Assembly: GCF_000143415.4 (NCBI RefSeq)
Contig: NW_003314414.1
Span: forward strand, 220,030-284,029
Direction of reading: 5' to 3'
Origin: Selaginella moellendorffii
Lineage: Eukaryota > Plantae > Lycopodiophyta
Length of the DNA: 64,000 bases
Position numbers and translations under genes: made by a program. The notes under the pieces are model-generated. The model ran no database searches. It saw only the letters and a program-made list of their open reading frames with translations, and was not told where the DNA came from. Below are positions 36,474 to 48,840 of the stretch, piece after piece. Position 1 is the stretch's first letter; each line of letters begins with the position of its first letter.

Positions 36474-38829
36474 TTACGAGCTCTCGCTATTCAATCTGGC
36501 AACCATAGTGCCGAAAAGCTTTGCAGCTTTTTTGTCATAGTCCAATCCCCGCTTTCTCAGTTCCTGCTGGAGCACCTTGGCATCTCTGTACAACTCAGAA
36601 TCAGATGATGCCCCGACTGTTAGAACCCGCTACTCACCTGTTGTGCGGATCGGCAGCAATCATCTTTCTCACGTCCTTGTCCGCCAGTTCAATGTCCGCG
36701 TTCTCCAAATAAGCCTGGGCTCGCCTATAAAGCGCTTTCATATTGCCGGGCTCCAGATCCAGCACCTGTACGATAAGAGTCTGAGACTAGGAAGAGTGCA
36801 CGTTCAGTGCTCGCCCACCTTCGTGCATAAAGCAATGCAATCTTTGTACTTCTCCTGCTTCAGTTTGGACGCAGCATTGTTTACGCAGCATACGGTTTTG
36901 AGCTGCTTAGACAGCTTTTTCTCCTCGTCAGAAAACTTGTGATCGTGATCAATGTATTTGACAGCCTGCAACAAGGCGGAAGGCAATACCGTCAAAGCGT
37001 GTGCGACACAAGGAAGTGCTACCTGCCTTGTCGTACTTCTTCGAAGCACGCCAGTACTTTCCGCCCTTGAAATGCTGGTTCCCTTCTTCTTTGTGCTTGC
37101 TTGCTGCTTCCAGCTTCTCAAGGGTGCTCATTTCCCAGATGTCTTTGTCCTGAGATACGAGACACATGCATGCGTCATACCATGGAGAACTTGGAAAAAA
37201 CCAACCTTGTCAAAGCTGACAAGCTCAACGATGTACACTAGCGTGGAACTTGGTGGTACAGTTGCCAGGTCCGTCCGAAATTCCGAGCCACCATACCCAT
37301 AATCTGGAGCGATTGTCACCTCCGCAACTTCACCTTTTTTCATAGCTGCCACAGCTCTGTCTAAGCCACTCACAGCTTGCTCTGCAGAAAGGCCCCTTTT
37401 AAGAGTGAGCTCGTACGAACACACAGCCTTACCTTCACCGATGGTAAACTCGAGCAGGTCATCTTGGCCGTAGCCTTTGCGCTCAAAGACCGTCCCGTCC
37501 AAAAGTCTGGCCTCGTATTTGACTGCAGAGATCACATGTAAGCGACAAATTGTTCACAAAGAGCACCACTAGTTACCCCTGACAAGGGCGCCATCGTTCG
37601 GCTTGGTTTGTCCTTCTCCGGCCACCAAGATCTTCTTGACAACACGCCTGTCATCAGTGACATCATCTACCGTCCTCCACTCGAGAAGCTCGATGTCAAC
37701 AGTCAAGGTTGCATAGGGAGGCACATATGCTCCACTACGGGTAGCCTTACGCCCCTGTTCCGCAAATCCGTCTGCAAGTCTGGTCAGTTTGATAATAATC
37801 AGTGGATTTATGCAGCTAGCTTAGCTTACACTGAGGCGTCACGGTTAACAATGCTTGTTCTCCATGTTTCATTGCTCTTACGGCCTTCCCGATTGCAGGG
37901 CAAAAGAATCCTGCATCAAAATGTTCAAACTGTTAGCTACAACAGACAAGTTCCACTTCCGTCAAGCACCATCTCTTGGACAGATGGTCACGCCTTTCGC
38001 GGGTGTCTTTTCAACAAGGGTGCCGTCCTGCAACGTCGCCGTGAACCTCACTGGTACGCATGGAGTTACTCCGTAAGGAAAGTGAAAAATAGCGGTAGCT
38101 ATTACTTACCTGTAACTTCGTCCGAGTCTTTAGGAGTTTCCCACTTGTGACCCTCAGAGACGACTTTCTTGACGATGCCGCCGTCTTTGAGTACGTCGGT
38201 GATGCTAGCCCAAGTTAGCAGCTCCACTTCAAACACGAGAGTAGCGTTTGGAGGAACCAGGGGCGGGCAACCAGCTTTGCCATAGGCCATGTCGGGTGGG
38301 ATTGTGAAAACGGCTACTTCTTTCTTCTTCATCGAGCCAATGCCTCGGTCCCAGCCCCTTATCACCTCTCCTGCACGGAAGACTCAGGCAAAGGAGCGAG
38401 TTGAGATAGAATAGCCACATTGTACTCCACCTTGGCCGAGCCTGAACACGAAGGGCTGGTTCTTATCGTGGGTGGAGTCGAACTTGGTTCCATCGGCAAA
38501 CCTCCCAACGTAGTGCACTGCATTCATCCATGGAAGAGTTTAGCCGATGGAGAAAGCCTCTCTACTTTCTAAGGAAGAAGAAGGAGGAGAAGAGGAGTAC
38601 CTGTGAGCTCATCACCAGGCTTGGGGACATCCCAGCCTTGTCCAGCCCTGACGAGCAGCTTCTTGAGACCGCTCTGCCCGAATTCCTTCTCCACGCCTTC
38701 CTTCTGCATTGCAGAAGGAAACCTCTCCATGAACTTGCCATCAACCGTTTTGAACTTTTCAGCCAAGTGCTTGAATGCCGCAGCGGCTGGATTGTGGTCG
38801 TCTGGGCAGGCCGCCTCGTCCACCGCCAT
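36474..38829 (-). CDS. ROF1: Multi-domain FKBP peptidyl-prolyl isomerase with TPRs (FKBP62/65 family), multi-exon
   Basis: FKBP segments VIRGWDRGIGSMKKKE...PPNATLVFEVEL and further FKBP repeats; TPR KEEGNQHFKGGKYWRASKKY...NNAASKLK. Confidence 0.88.
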
Positions 38830-38964
38830 TGCGCGCTAAAACCCTAGCTAAGCCATCACCCTCCCCCAAAATATCTTCTCTCCTCTCCCCAAACAAAATA
38901 TCTGGCACTGGGGCTCCTTTAACATTAACAACGTGGAGGCTAACACTGCTTCTTTTCAAGTAGT

Positions 38965-39430
38965 TTAGCGGTGCTTGCGCAAGTCTATCCCCGCTTCCTT
39001 GGCCATGGCGTCCAGCCCCTTCTTGTCGATGGTCTTGAGCGCCTGCGTGCATATCCTGAGCCTGACGAACCTCTGCCCAGCCTCCCACCACAGCCGCTTG
39101 TACTGCAGGTTGGGCTGCTGCTTCTTCCTGGTGCGGATGTGGGAGTAGGAGATCTTGCGCGCGTTGTTGTACTTCTTGCCCGTCAGCTCGCACACCCTGC
39201 CTGGCAAAAGCCCAAGTGGAAATTATCAATTACCGGTTGGACTCGCGGCTTCTGCTACACTTACTTGCCAGGGGCTGGACGATGAGGGACGAAAGCCTCT
39301 GCAATGGCACCACGAGTGGAACCGCCACACCAGTGCCAGCCAGCTCGCTCTTCCGCCAGCTCAAATCCTTGGCCGCGTGGGACGTTATGGGCTTGAGCTT
39401 GAGCTTGCAAGGCGGCGGCATTGCTGCCAT
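38965..39430 (-). CDS. RPL28: Plastid 50S ribosomal protein L28 with transit peptide, one intron (alternative ATG at 39445)
   Basis: [49 protein letters not shown]. Confidence 0.9.
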
Positions 39431-39467
39431 TGCGAAAAACGCCATACTACGTACCTGCGTTGTTACC

Positions 39468-41858
39468 CTACCAAAAGTCTTGGCAGGAGCAAGTCCCCTT
39501 GTCAAAGGTGTGGAAGCGGTACGTATCCCTCACGATTATCTGCCGCCCCACAATCCTGGAGATGTACTTGGTGGCCGAGTGACAGTCAGCGCACACGCGA
39601 AGGTTCTTGACAATGTGGAGGCTCGTCCCGGCTGGAGTGCTCCTGATCCCGAATGCAATTGCCAGCTTCTCGCTGTGGTAGCTCCCCAGCCTCTCCTTGT
39701 CGCCGTGGCCAGGATCGTCGGGCACGTAACCAGCACGCTGCATTTCTGCCGCCAGCGCCTCGAGGGTGGCGGCCAGCTCCGGTGGGGACGAGTCCGCTGA
39801 CACGAACTCGTGCACCTTGTTGTTGACCTCGATGGCGCTCCACCCCGCTGGCTTCACCACCCCTCTCATGTCCATGCGCCTCCTGACGCTCGCCGCCTCC
39901 TCCAGCCTCCCAGCCCTCGAGTAAATGGTCGACAGCAGCACATAGGCGGCTGAGTCGGCCGGCTCCAGCGCCATGAGCTTCTCGGCGGCCCGGACGCCCC
40001 GATCTGGGCTGCCCTGGAGCCTGCACGCCCCAAGCAACGCCCTCCAGCACACCGCATCGTCCGGGGCCCCGGGCACAAGCTGGTGCTGGTAAGCGTGGGT
40101 GATCAACTCCTCCGCGTCTTGGAGCTTGCCAACCCGGGACAGCAGGTCCACCACCATCACCAGGTGCTCGGCAGTGGGCGCGACACCGTAATCGGCGCTC
40201 ATGGAGCCGAAGCAGCAGCAGCCGCGCTCCAGCATGCCCGCATGGCAGCACGCGTGCAGCACGCTGCTCACCGTCACCTCGTCGGCTTCCATCTCCAGCG
40301 ACATGCCCCGGAACAACTCCACCGCCTCGCTCGCATGACCGTGCTGGGCATAAGCACCCAGCATCGCATTCCAGGCAATCACGCCCCGCGCCTCCATGCC
40401 GTCGAACACGAGCCGCGCTTCACGAATCCGTCCGCACTTGCCGTACATGTGAAGCAGCGCGTTGCCCACCGCCGGCAACTGCTCGTATCCACAGCTCCGG
40501 ATGCGGGCGTGGAGGGCGCGGCCCTGGCCGAGGCCTCCCACGCCACCCAGCCCGCTGCAAGCCGCTACACCGCAGCTCAGCGTGGCGGCGTCCAGCGCCA
40601 CCCCCTCCACCTCCATCTGCCTCATCACCTGCAGCGCCTCGCGGAAATGCCCCGACCCGGCAAATGCGGCCATGATCCCGTTCCAGCTCACGCGGTCTGG
40701 GCAGCTGCACCGCTCAAACACCTCCACCGCCGCGTCCACGTCCCCGCACTTGGCGTACATGCTCAGCACGGCGTTGGTGGCGGACACACTGGCGGCGAGG
40801 ATGCCGCGCGCAACCATGTCCGCGTGAAGCCGCCGCCCCTGCTCCAGCTGCGCCGCACCGCACGCGCCGCAAGCAGACAGGGCGTTGATGAACGTGACCA
40901 CGTCGCGCTCGCAGTCCATGCGCTGCAACAGGCACAGCGCCTCCACTCCCAGCCCCTGTGCCGCGTACGCCCAGATGATGATGTTCCACGACACGGTGTT
41001 GCGCTGCCGCATGGCGTCGAACACGGCCCTCGCCTCCAGGACGCTGCCGCAGCGGGCGTACATTTGCACCAGGGAATTGGAGAGGAAGACGTCGGCAGCC
41101 ACGTCGCCCCGTGCTGCCAGGAGCGCGGCATGGACGGACCGCCCGGTGCTGAGATGGTGGCAGCAGCCGCTCAAGACGCTCGCGAACGTTGTGTCGTCGG
41201 GCCTCACGTCGGGCTGCCGGAGGAGTGCCTGGTAGAGGTGGAGGGCTTGTGCGGCTTGCCCGTGGTCCAGCCACGCCGCAATCATGGCGTTCCACGAGAT
41301 TGTGTCGCGCCGCTGCATCGCCTCGAAGGTGGCCTCGGCATCCACCATGCTCCCGCAGTGCCTGTAGAGCGTGATGAGCGCATTGCCCAGCACCGGCGTG
41401 GTGGACAAGATGCCCGACTCCGTCATCCTCGACTCTATTTGCTTCCCCCTGGCCAGCAGCATGCCGTGCTGCTTTCCGGAGGAGCACAAGCGCAGGGCAT
41501 TCAGCAGGGCTACGTAAGCGACACGATCGGCCCGAATCCCCTCCATCTCCATCCTGTGAAACACCAGCACGGCCTCGCTGCCATACCCATTCTGGGCATA
41601 TGCAGACATGAGGATGGAGAAGGAGTAGACGTTAGGGACCGATATCCTGTGAAATGCCGCTGCCGCCGCGTCCATGCACCCGCAGTTGCCATACATTTGA
41701 ACGAGCAAGTTGCCCAGAAAGGTGGACGAGTCCTGATTGCTGGCCACGAGCTGCGCATGGAGCCGCTTGCCCTCGTCCAAAGCCGCCCTGCTTCCACACT
41801 GCCGGAGGGCTGCTGCGAGAGCGTTGATGCTGCCACTGCCGTTGTTCCGGAGCGGCAT
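39468..41858 (-). CDS. PLS-class PPR protein with E/DYW deaminase domain (RNA editing factor)
   Basis: 796-aa intronless ORF; PPR repeats; HSEKLA...CADCH...CSCQDFW. Confidence 0.95.
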   Translation of the reverse strand: MPLRNNGSGSINALAAALRQCGSRAALDEGKRLHAQLVASNQDSSTFLGNLLVQMYGNCGCMDAAAAAFHRISVPNVYSFSILMSAYAQNGYGSEAVLVFHRMEMEGIRADRVAYVALLNALRLCSSGKQHGMLLARGKQIESRMTESGILSTTPVLGNALITLYRHCGSMVDAEATFEAMQRRDTISWNAMIAAWLDHGQAAQALHLYQALLRQPDVRPDDTTFASVLSGCCHHLSTGRSVHAALLAARGDVAADVFLSNSLVQMYARCGSVLEARAVFDAMRQRNTVSWNIIIWAYAAQGLGVEALCLLQRMDCERDVVTFINALSACGACGAAQLEQGRRLHADMVARGILAASVSATNAVLSMYAKCGDVDAAVEVFERCSCPDRVSWNGIMAAFAGSGHFREALQVMRQMEVEGVALDAATLSCGVAACSGLGGVGGLGQGRALHARIRSCGYEQLPAVGNALLHMYGKCGRIREARLVFDGMEARGVIAWNAMLGAYAQHGHASEAVELFRGMSLEMEADEVTVSSVLHACCHAGMLERGCCCFGSMSADYGVAPTAEHLVMVVDLLSRVGKLQDAEELITHAYQHQLVPGAPDDAVCWRALLGACRLQGSPDRGVRAAEKLMALEPADSAAYVLLSTIYSRAGRLEEAASVRRRMDMRGVVKPAGWSAIEVNNKVHEFVSADSSPPELAATLEALAAEMQRAGYVPDDPGHGDKERLGSYHSEKLAIAFGIRSTPAGTSLHIVKNLRVCADCHSATKYISRIVGRQIIVRDTYRFHTFDKGTCSCQDFW

Positions 41859-42094
41859 GGATCAAGATCCACCTCCATGGATTCAGCGGACTGTTTATTG
41901 GAACAAAAGAAACAATGCTATGTACACAGACAGACACGGACGAAGCATCATTGAGGCGGGTCGGAATGAGCTATAAAAGAACCAAATGCTCCACCACCAT
42001 GGCCTAAACTCCTTGCCACTCCTAACCTTTCCCTCGGCGTTGATTCTTCGCTTTTGGTACCATCATCTCCACCTGCGGCACAAGAGAAAAACCG

Positions 42095-44654
42095 TCAGTT
42101 TCTCTCAGCTCGTATAAATGCAGCCATCCACTCACGCGCCCTCGCTTTCTTGCTGAAACTGTCATCCAAGAGGTAGATCGACGAGCTGACCATGGTCTCG
42201 CTCGCAGATTTCCTCATGCCCACTTGCAAGGAGAAAGAAAAGCTCTCTCCTTGCTCACTTGGTGCAACACTGACTGCACTGTAGTCAAGGCCTTCCCAGA
42301 TCTTGTTTGCCCGCTTGCTGCTACGCATATCCAAGCTGTTAGCACGTCCCAACTTTGGAACAGCAGGCCGTTTCACTACCTCTCCGTCTTGTGCAGCTGC
42401 GGCATCCGGGTTGCTTCGAGGAGCGGCTTCCTCTTTGGCAGCCTGCCCGCTGTCGGCGTCGCTCTCGAGGGACATCAAGAACTTGGCGGCAGACGCCGTC
42501 CTCATGAGCGGCCCGCCAGCCTTGGTCCAAGACAGGTTGCTAAATTCCTCCGCTCCACTGTCGCTGTCGCTGCCGTCGTGGTTGTGCCGCATAGGCCTCA
42601 ATCTGCGCAGTGACGGGCCGCCCCAGGGCCCTCCCGCTTGCAAGGTCCCCTCTATGCTGTCCTCGTCCAGCGAGCCCCAGGAGCTCTCGCGGGCCAGGCA
42701 GTTCCACGACGGTATTCTCTTGGTGGCGGAGAAGCGAGAGGAGAAGACGCCAGGCGCGTGAGCGGAGTTGCGCTCGGCGTCCCTCTGAGCCTTGCGCCTG
42801 CGGCTGAGCTCCGCTACGCACTCGTCTAGCATCAACTCGATCCCACAGTTGGCCTCTATCGCGGACAGCTTTTCCCACGTGCAGCGCCGGCCTTGCATCA
42901 CAGCCTTCCTGAGCTCCGAGGGCGTCGGGTTCTGAATAAGCTTGGCGAACTGCATGCACAACAGAATAGACTGTTTCCCATCCATCCATCCGCAGAAAAT
43001 GTTGTTACCTGAGCAAATGTAGCAGGCATGACAATGGTGACATCTCCCTCCCAGTCTTGGGCAAAGAGCTTGGCAAGGCCAAAGAGATGGAACCCCATCT
43101 CCAGCACCTGCCTGCACCTGTGCTTCACCTCCATCTCAGCCAGATGCGCCAGCTGCATTCCATACACGCACACACGACGATTATATGTTTGCACGCACCA
43201 ATACACTTGGCAGTTACCTTTGCAGCGAAGTCGCCACCATAGGCCCTCACCAGCTCCTTGAGCCGCAAGAGCGGAGCAATGTGCGGATTGGCCTGGCTCA
43301 CAATGAAATGGTTGACGTTGAACAGCTCCTTGAGCTGCATCATGGGCAAGTCGCTCTCCAGGCTGCCATCCCGCCACTGCCTGTTGCTGATGTTGTGATC
43401 CTCGGGGCCAACCTGTGACAGGGTGTGGTATGGCACAAGCCTGCCCTGCCTGTCCTTTGCCATGAGCTCCTGCGCCTCAAACAGGCCCGGGAAAGCACAG
43501 GAAGCGGTGACAGCGCTCCAGATAACAACGTGGGGCGAGCTGAGGTAGTTCAAGCACCGGGGTGGCTCGTGGCGGCGGGGGGAGCACACCGAGATGCCCA
43601 GGACACGGCCAGAGAGATCATATGCCTCCTGGAACGTGAGGTCGCCAATGAGCTGCCGCATCTTCCTCTGGAGCAGGCCGATCTCGTGAACTGCGCCGCG
43701 TGTGAGCAGCCTGTGTGCCGTCTTGAAGATGCTCCCCATGGACTCGAAGAAGTGCATGGGTGGCATGGGGTCGTCGAAGAAGCTCTGGAGCTCCGGCCAC
43801 GTCCTGGTGGCGGCGAAGGAGCAGAGGATGGAGCCAACGCTGGCACCCGCCACCACCCTGGGCAGGAGGCGGTGCTCGATCAGGGTCCTCACCACGCCCA
43901 GGTGGAAGGCCCCCAGGGCCGCGCCTCCGCTCAGCAGCAGCGCCGTGCGCCCAAACCCGTGCCTCGTCTCGTGGATGAAGGCGATCTTCTCCTCGAGCGA
44001 GAACTCGTCCGAGTCGGTCTCGCAGATGGCGCGGAGGTGGTAGCACACCTCGTTGATGTACTCCTGGATGACGCGCGGGGTCTGGAGGCGGCCCTTGTGC
44101 AGCTCCGGGTTGCACATGTTGCCCAGGTTGCGCACCAGGTCGGCGCGCAGGCAGAAGAGGATGTCCTCCACGCCCGCCTTCATCCGCCGCAGCTTGAGCT
44201 CGTTGAGCTTGGCGCGCACCAGCTCCTCGTCGTACAGGTCCGAGTCCTTGCGCCGCCGGCGGCAGTAGTTGTCCTTGTCCAGCATGCTGGCGGCGTGCGT
44301 CCACTCCTCGTACGTCAGGGCCGACTGCATCATGTTGCTCCAGAACTTCCTCCGGAACACGAGCTCCGCCTTGGTGGATTCCAGGCGCGCGCGGCGGATG
44401 GCGTAGCCCACGCACAGCACCGCCGCCAGCAGCACGCTGGGCCGCCGGGGGTTGAACCACGACAGCACCCAGCCGACGAGTAGCATGGCCAGGCGCTTGC
44501 ATTTCCGGACGTGAGCCAAGGCGCGCAAGCCCAGCACCTCCACCACCTCCTTGGCCGAGCGGCACAGCAGCACCTTGAGCGCCACAGCGCGGCCCAGAGC
44601 AGTGGATGGCCCGATTGGGAAGAGCACCAGCCCCGCCTCGTCGCTCGACTCCAT
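42095..44654 (-). CDS. SDP1: Patatin-domain triacylglycerol lipase SDP1-like, spliced
   Basis: [40 protein letters not shown]. Confidence 0.92.
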
Positions 44655-44808
44655 ACCTCCTTACCTGTGATGGATCGAGCTAAGCCCTAATGCCCTTTCT
44701 CCCCTTGTACCTAGGCTATATACACACGCAACTCCCACGCTGTCGTCTTTCCCAACTTTCCCTCATACATACATAAATACCAACACTTTGTATCATACAT
44801 TATTAGAG

Positions 44809-47261
44809 CTAGGCTTGCGCGGCGCCAACTTGGCCTGCGCTTGGCTCCTCGGCCACGTCCTTGTTGTTCCACAGTGCTCCCAGCTCTTTCCTTATCCATC
44901 CCAGCAGCACCACAATGCCTACGCCAGGTTATAGAGGTTACACTCAAATACTTCGGGAATGTTATCAAGACTCACCTAGAGTGCAGGGAACGATGTAGAG
45001 CAGCGCCGGCTGGCCATGGCCGTCCATCAGGTTGAGAGCAACGTAAGTTAGCATGAGTCCTGCGCGCAGAACATAGAAACAGATTTGAGGCAAAGATTTA
45101 TTCGATGCAGAGATAATCCACGTACCCAGGCCATAGCCGACCGTTGTCCACAAGAAGTATCCCCCGGAAAGGCTCTTCTTGTTGGCCCAATCGAACCTGC
45201 CGGCACACCAGTTACCTCACTTGCTTGAGCTAATCTAAACAAACAATAAAGGGCACCTGAGTGTGAATGACACCAACAAGCCCGGCAGAAGTATATCGCC
45301 AAACCCGATGATGGAGTAGCCTCCCCAGGGATCGTAGAAGCGCGGGACCCTGAGCAGCATTGGGATGCTCTCCCCTCCACTCTTATCTCCCCTAGCCACC
45401 TGCAAAGGAGAACATTCCACCAAAAGAGGTAAAACGAACAGATAGTCGGAGCTTACATACCACGATCATAACGCTCTCTTTGAAAATGTATGGAGATATG
45501 AAGACCCAAAAGATATCATACAGAAACGCACAGCTCAACAAAACCGTGGAAACCTGTAAAACAGCACAGCTACGACCTTGGAACGGAGGAAACCAGAGAG
45601 TTACCTTAATGTTTGGCAAGCGAACAACTTGCAAGACGGTCAGGATCAATGCTACACCCTGGTGAAAACAGCTTCCAGTAGTAAATAGCCAGAGAATTAA
45701 GACAAGAGGCTCTCACCAATACGTCTTGGCCAACCCAGGCCACATGAGCGTGCCTATACACAGCCCATATTACAGAAAAGGCCACACAGATGGGAAACAC
45801 CACGACAGAAAGGGAACTGACAGTCCCCAGGATTGGAATGGTTATGTGCCGCGTACCAACACCAGGAAATAACCTGTAAATCGCCTCGCCACAGGATGCT
45901 GGTTCAAAGAGAAGTAGCAGCTGATAGCGAATATGCCTCACCTGGATAGCAGTGTTACGAGGCACGTTTGTAATCCCTGCAAAAGGAGCAAGTAAGACTC
46001 TAAAACATCATCAGTCTGATGTTACATTACCTCAGCACCGCCAATGCAAAACAAGACAACGAGCAGCATTAGAAACCAGTTGGACATAAATAAGTAGAGC
46101 AGAAGCAGGAAGACAGACGCAAGGATCAAAAAGCACACCGCCGATGCGATGCTGATATCCACCACTTCCTTGTCGTCGGAATCGTCCTTTGTGCGAGACG
46201 CTGCAGAAGCCTCCTGCAAATAAACCCCGTTGCGAACAAAGAATAATGCAAAGACGTAATCAACACCTTCAAGCGCTTGTACCGCCCGCTTCCTACGTCG
46301 TTGGCAGTGCATGCGGACCACAGGGACGCGCCGATCACGGTCGCAACCGCAAGACACCACAAGAAGAGCTCGCCAAGGTCAACAACAGGCCGCACTGGTG
46401 AATACAGGAGCAGCTTCACTGTGGCATACACAAGACAGGTCAGGGGCGGCACAGTGATTCATCGCACGTACCGCTTTGGCTCGATTGCAAAGCAGACTCC
46501 AAGCTTTCTCCTGCTGATCTGGGGATCATAATAGCTGGAATTGTTATGTCTGCGAAAGTGTCGTTCTCAAAGCAGACCATCTTGTAAAGCTCTGTCAAGT
46601 AAGAGAACAAGGACCTGTCAAACACAAGCTCTCACGACAGACGAAAACATCCATAAGATGTAACCCCGAACCTTCTCGGTCGTTTGAGATGAGAACAGCC
46701 GAGGCACCAGCCTGCTGCGCAATCCTTGCCTTGGTGGTGAAAGTGCAGTTCCCCCTTTCAGCCAGGAGTATGTTCCCTGCATGCTATAACAAGCGAACAA
46801 GTATTACGAGAGACCGCGGGACGAGGAGACACACCTTGACACCGCCGGGATTGGAGCAACAGTCGATGGGATCCGCTCGCGAGAGGGAAGTGACATGAGC
46901 TTTGTCAGCTCGCGCTGCGACGGGCCCCCCAAACCTGGCTGTGATGCCGACATAGTCACTTGCGGGGACGTTGTCAATCCAGTTTCTGATCTTGACCTGG
47001 GAGATTCTCAGCAAAGCAATCCAATTCTCTCAAACGCGGCAGCTTTGCTTACCAGCACGAACTTGTTGTCGCAGCCGGGGTGTTTTGGAGCATCCACGTC
47101 GTCGTAAGAGATCTCGTCCGCGCGAGTGTGGTCAGTGGCGATGATCACCAGCAGCAGCACCAGAAAATGCGCCCCTCTAGCCTGCAGCAAATCGGAGAAG
47201 CGCACTCGCTAGAGCAGCGTGCCCATGGTGTGTCATGGTGGCTTACCCATCGTGGAGCCAT
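44809..47261 (-). CDS. SPPL: Signal peptide peptidase-like aspartic protease (SPPL2-5 type, PA domain), multi-exon
   Basis: [40 protein letters not shown]. Confidence 0.9.
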
Positions 47262-47350
47262 CGGACGCGATCGATGCCCTTGCCCTAGGACACAACTCTG
47301 ACTTTGCACACGGTAAGATACCTAATACAGAGGAGCATTATATTTCCACA

Positions 47351-48718
47351 TTACATTGCGTGGGTGTCTGCTAAATGGCGAGCTCGGAGCTCCAGGCTAG
47401 AGCTGACCCACAGCTTGCGCTCCCGCCGCTCCTTCTGCCTCCAGTTCTTGGCTCTCTTGGGTGCCAAGCGCTCGTCCCTTGCGGCAAATGCCATCCTGAA
47501 GAGCTCGGCCTTGGAGATAGAGATCTCGCCCAAGCCTAGAGCAGCGGCTTGGCTCGGGCTGCATCTCACCTCCCATGCCGATGGAGATATGTCTTCCACG
47601 AGCTGCTCGTCTAAAACAGTGCTTGGTAGAGCTTCTCTGGGGACACGGGCATGCTTGGACGACGCCATCCCGGGGTTGACAACAACGCGTGGGCACTCGA
47701 GCTCCACGGTTTGTCTCGACTCGCCATCGATCGCAGGCTGGAAGTGCACACAAGAGGATCAACTTTGGCAAGCGCGAGCTTCAAACGGTCCAGCTTACCC
47801 ACACAATCCATCGTAACTCCTGCGCACCACTCCCAACCGCCACTGCATCCAAATCTTCCCAGCTCTCCTCAACTTGGTTGCGCACTCTCAAGCCCGGCAG
47901 CACGCACGGGAGTGCTAGCCTCGCAGCTCTATTGCTAAGGTGTGTGCCGCTGCTCAACATCACGTAGCGTTCAGCTTCCAACAGCTCATGAAAACCAAAG
48001 GCCTGCAAGCAAGCTTACCCACATCTCAGAGTTTCAAGAGCCGGGCAGCACTCGACGATCGTTCTAATGGACTCCGCCGTAAGGCTGCTGCAGCGGCTGT
48101 GTGCCATATTTGCGTTTGCAAATGAAAGAGAAGGCGAGTGTAAGCAGAAAAGAGTATGTCTTCTCTCGAAAGCCTCTCTTCCTTACCTTACGTCGACTGC
48201 TCTCAACCTGGAGCAAATCTTTGCTGCCTGATGAATGCCTGTGTCAGTTACATCGGAGCCGGACACATCCAGGATCTCCCATGCCGTATCCGCCAGAGGA
48301 ACCAGAAGCCTGTCACACAGCAATCCCCTCCTCCGCGCGATAGCCACCAATTGCAACTGTGGTTGACGGAGCACAACACTCCACAACTGATGGCTTGGGA
48401 AAACTTGCAAAATCCCACCTTGACAGACACTGGAAGAAGCGGTGCAATTAAGTCCAAGTCGTCAACAATGTCGTCTAGGTAGCAGCCGATGCTAGCGACG
48501 CACAAGCTTAGCAGGCTTTTGGGCCCTTTCTTGTGCTTGTTGCCTGTCATGCGATCGTAATCGTAGTGAATGGAGCACTCTAATGCAAGGGGACGGATAC
48601 CTGGAGCACAATTGGAAGGCGTAAGAGCTGAAATGGAGGAGGGCTTCCGAGCAGCACCAGCAGCAGCTGGCTCCTTACGAGTCGGTGGCGGTGGCGGTGG
48701 AATCTCCTGCTTGTCCAT
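47351..48718 (-). CDS. RNI-like/LRR (AMN1-like) protein, multi-exon
   Basis: PKSLLSLCVASIG, WEILDVSGSDVTD, LRAVD, and C-terminal IGLGEISISKAELFRMAF-type segment. Confidence 0.7.
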
Positions 48719-48840
48719 CAACAAGTTCCAATCAACCCTAAGTTCTGAAATTCTCTTTCATCAATGTGGAATGCAAAGCAGAGATACAAAGCCGCGAGTT
48801 TTATTCAAGCCGAAGACGAGATGCTCGATCGAAACAAGTT

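Noticed and set aside
40083-41954. 623-aa plus-strand ORF (likewise 60298-62013, 43425-44483, 49081-49869, 63196-63999)
   Set aside because: Antisense shadows of GC-rich genuine genes with no independent motifs
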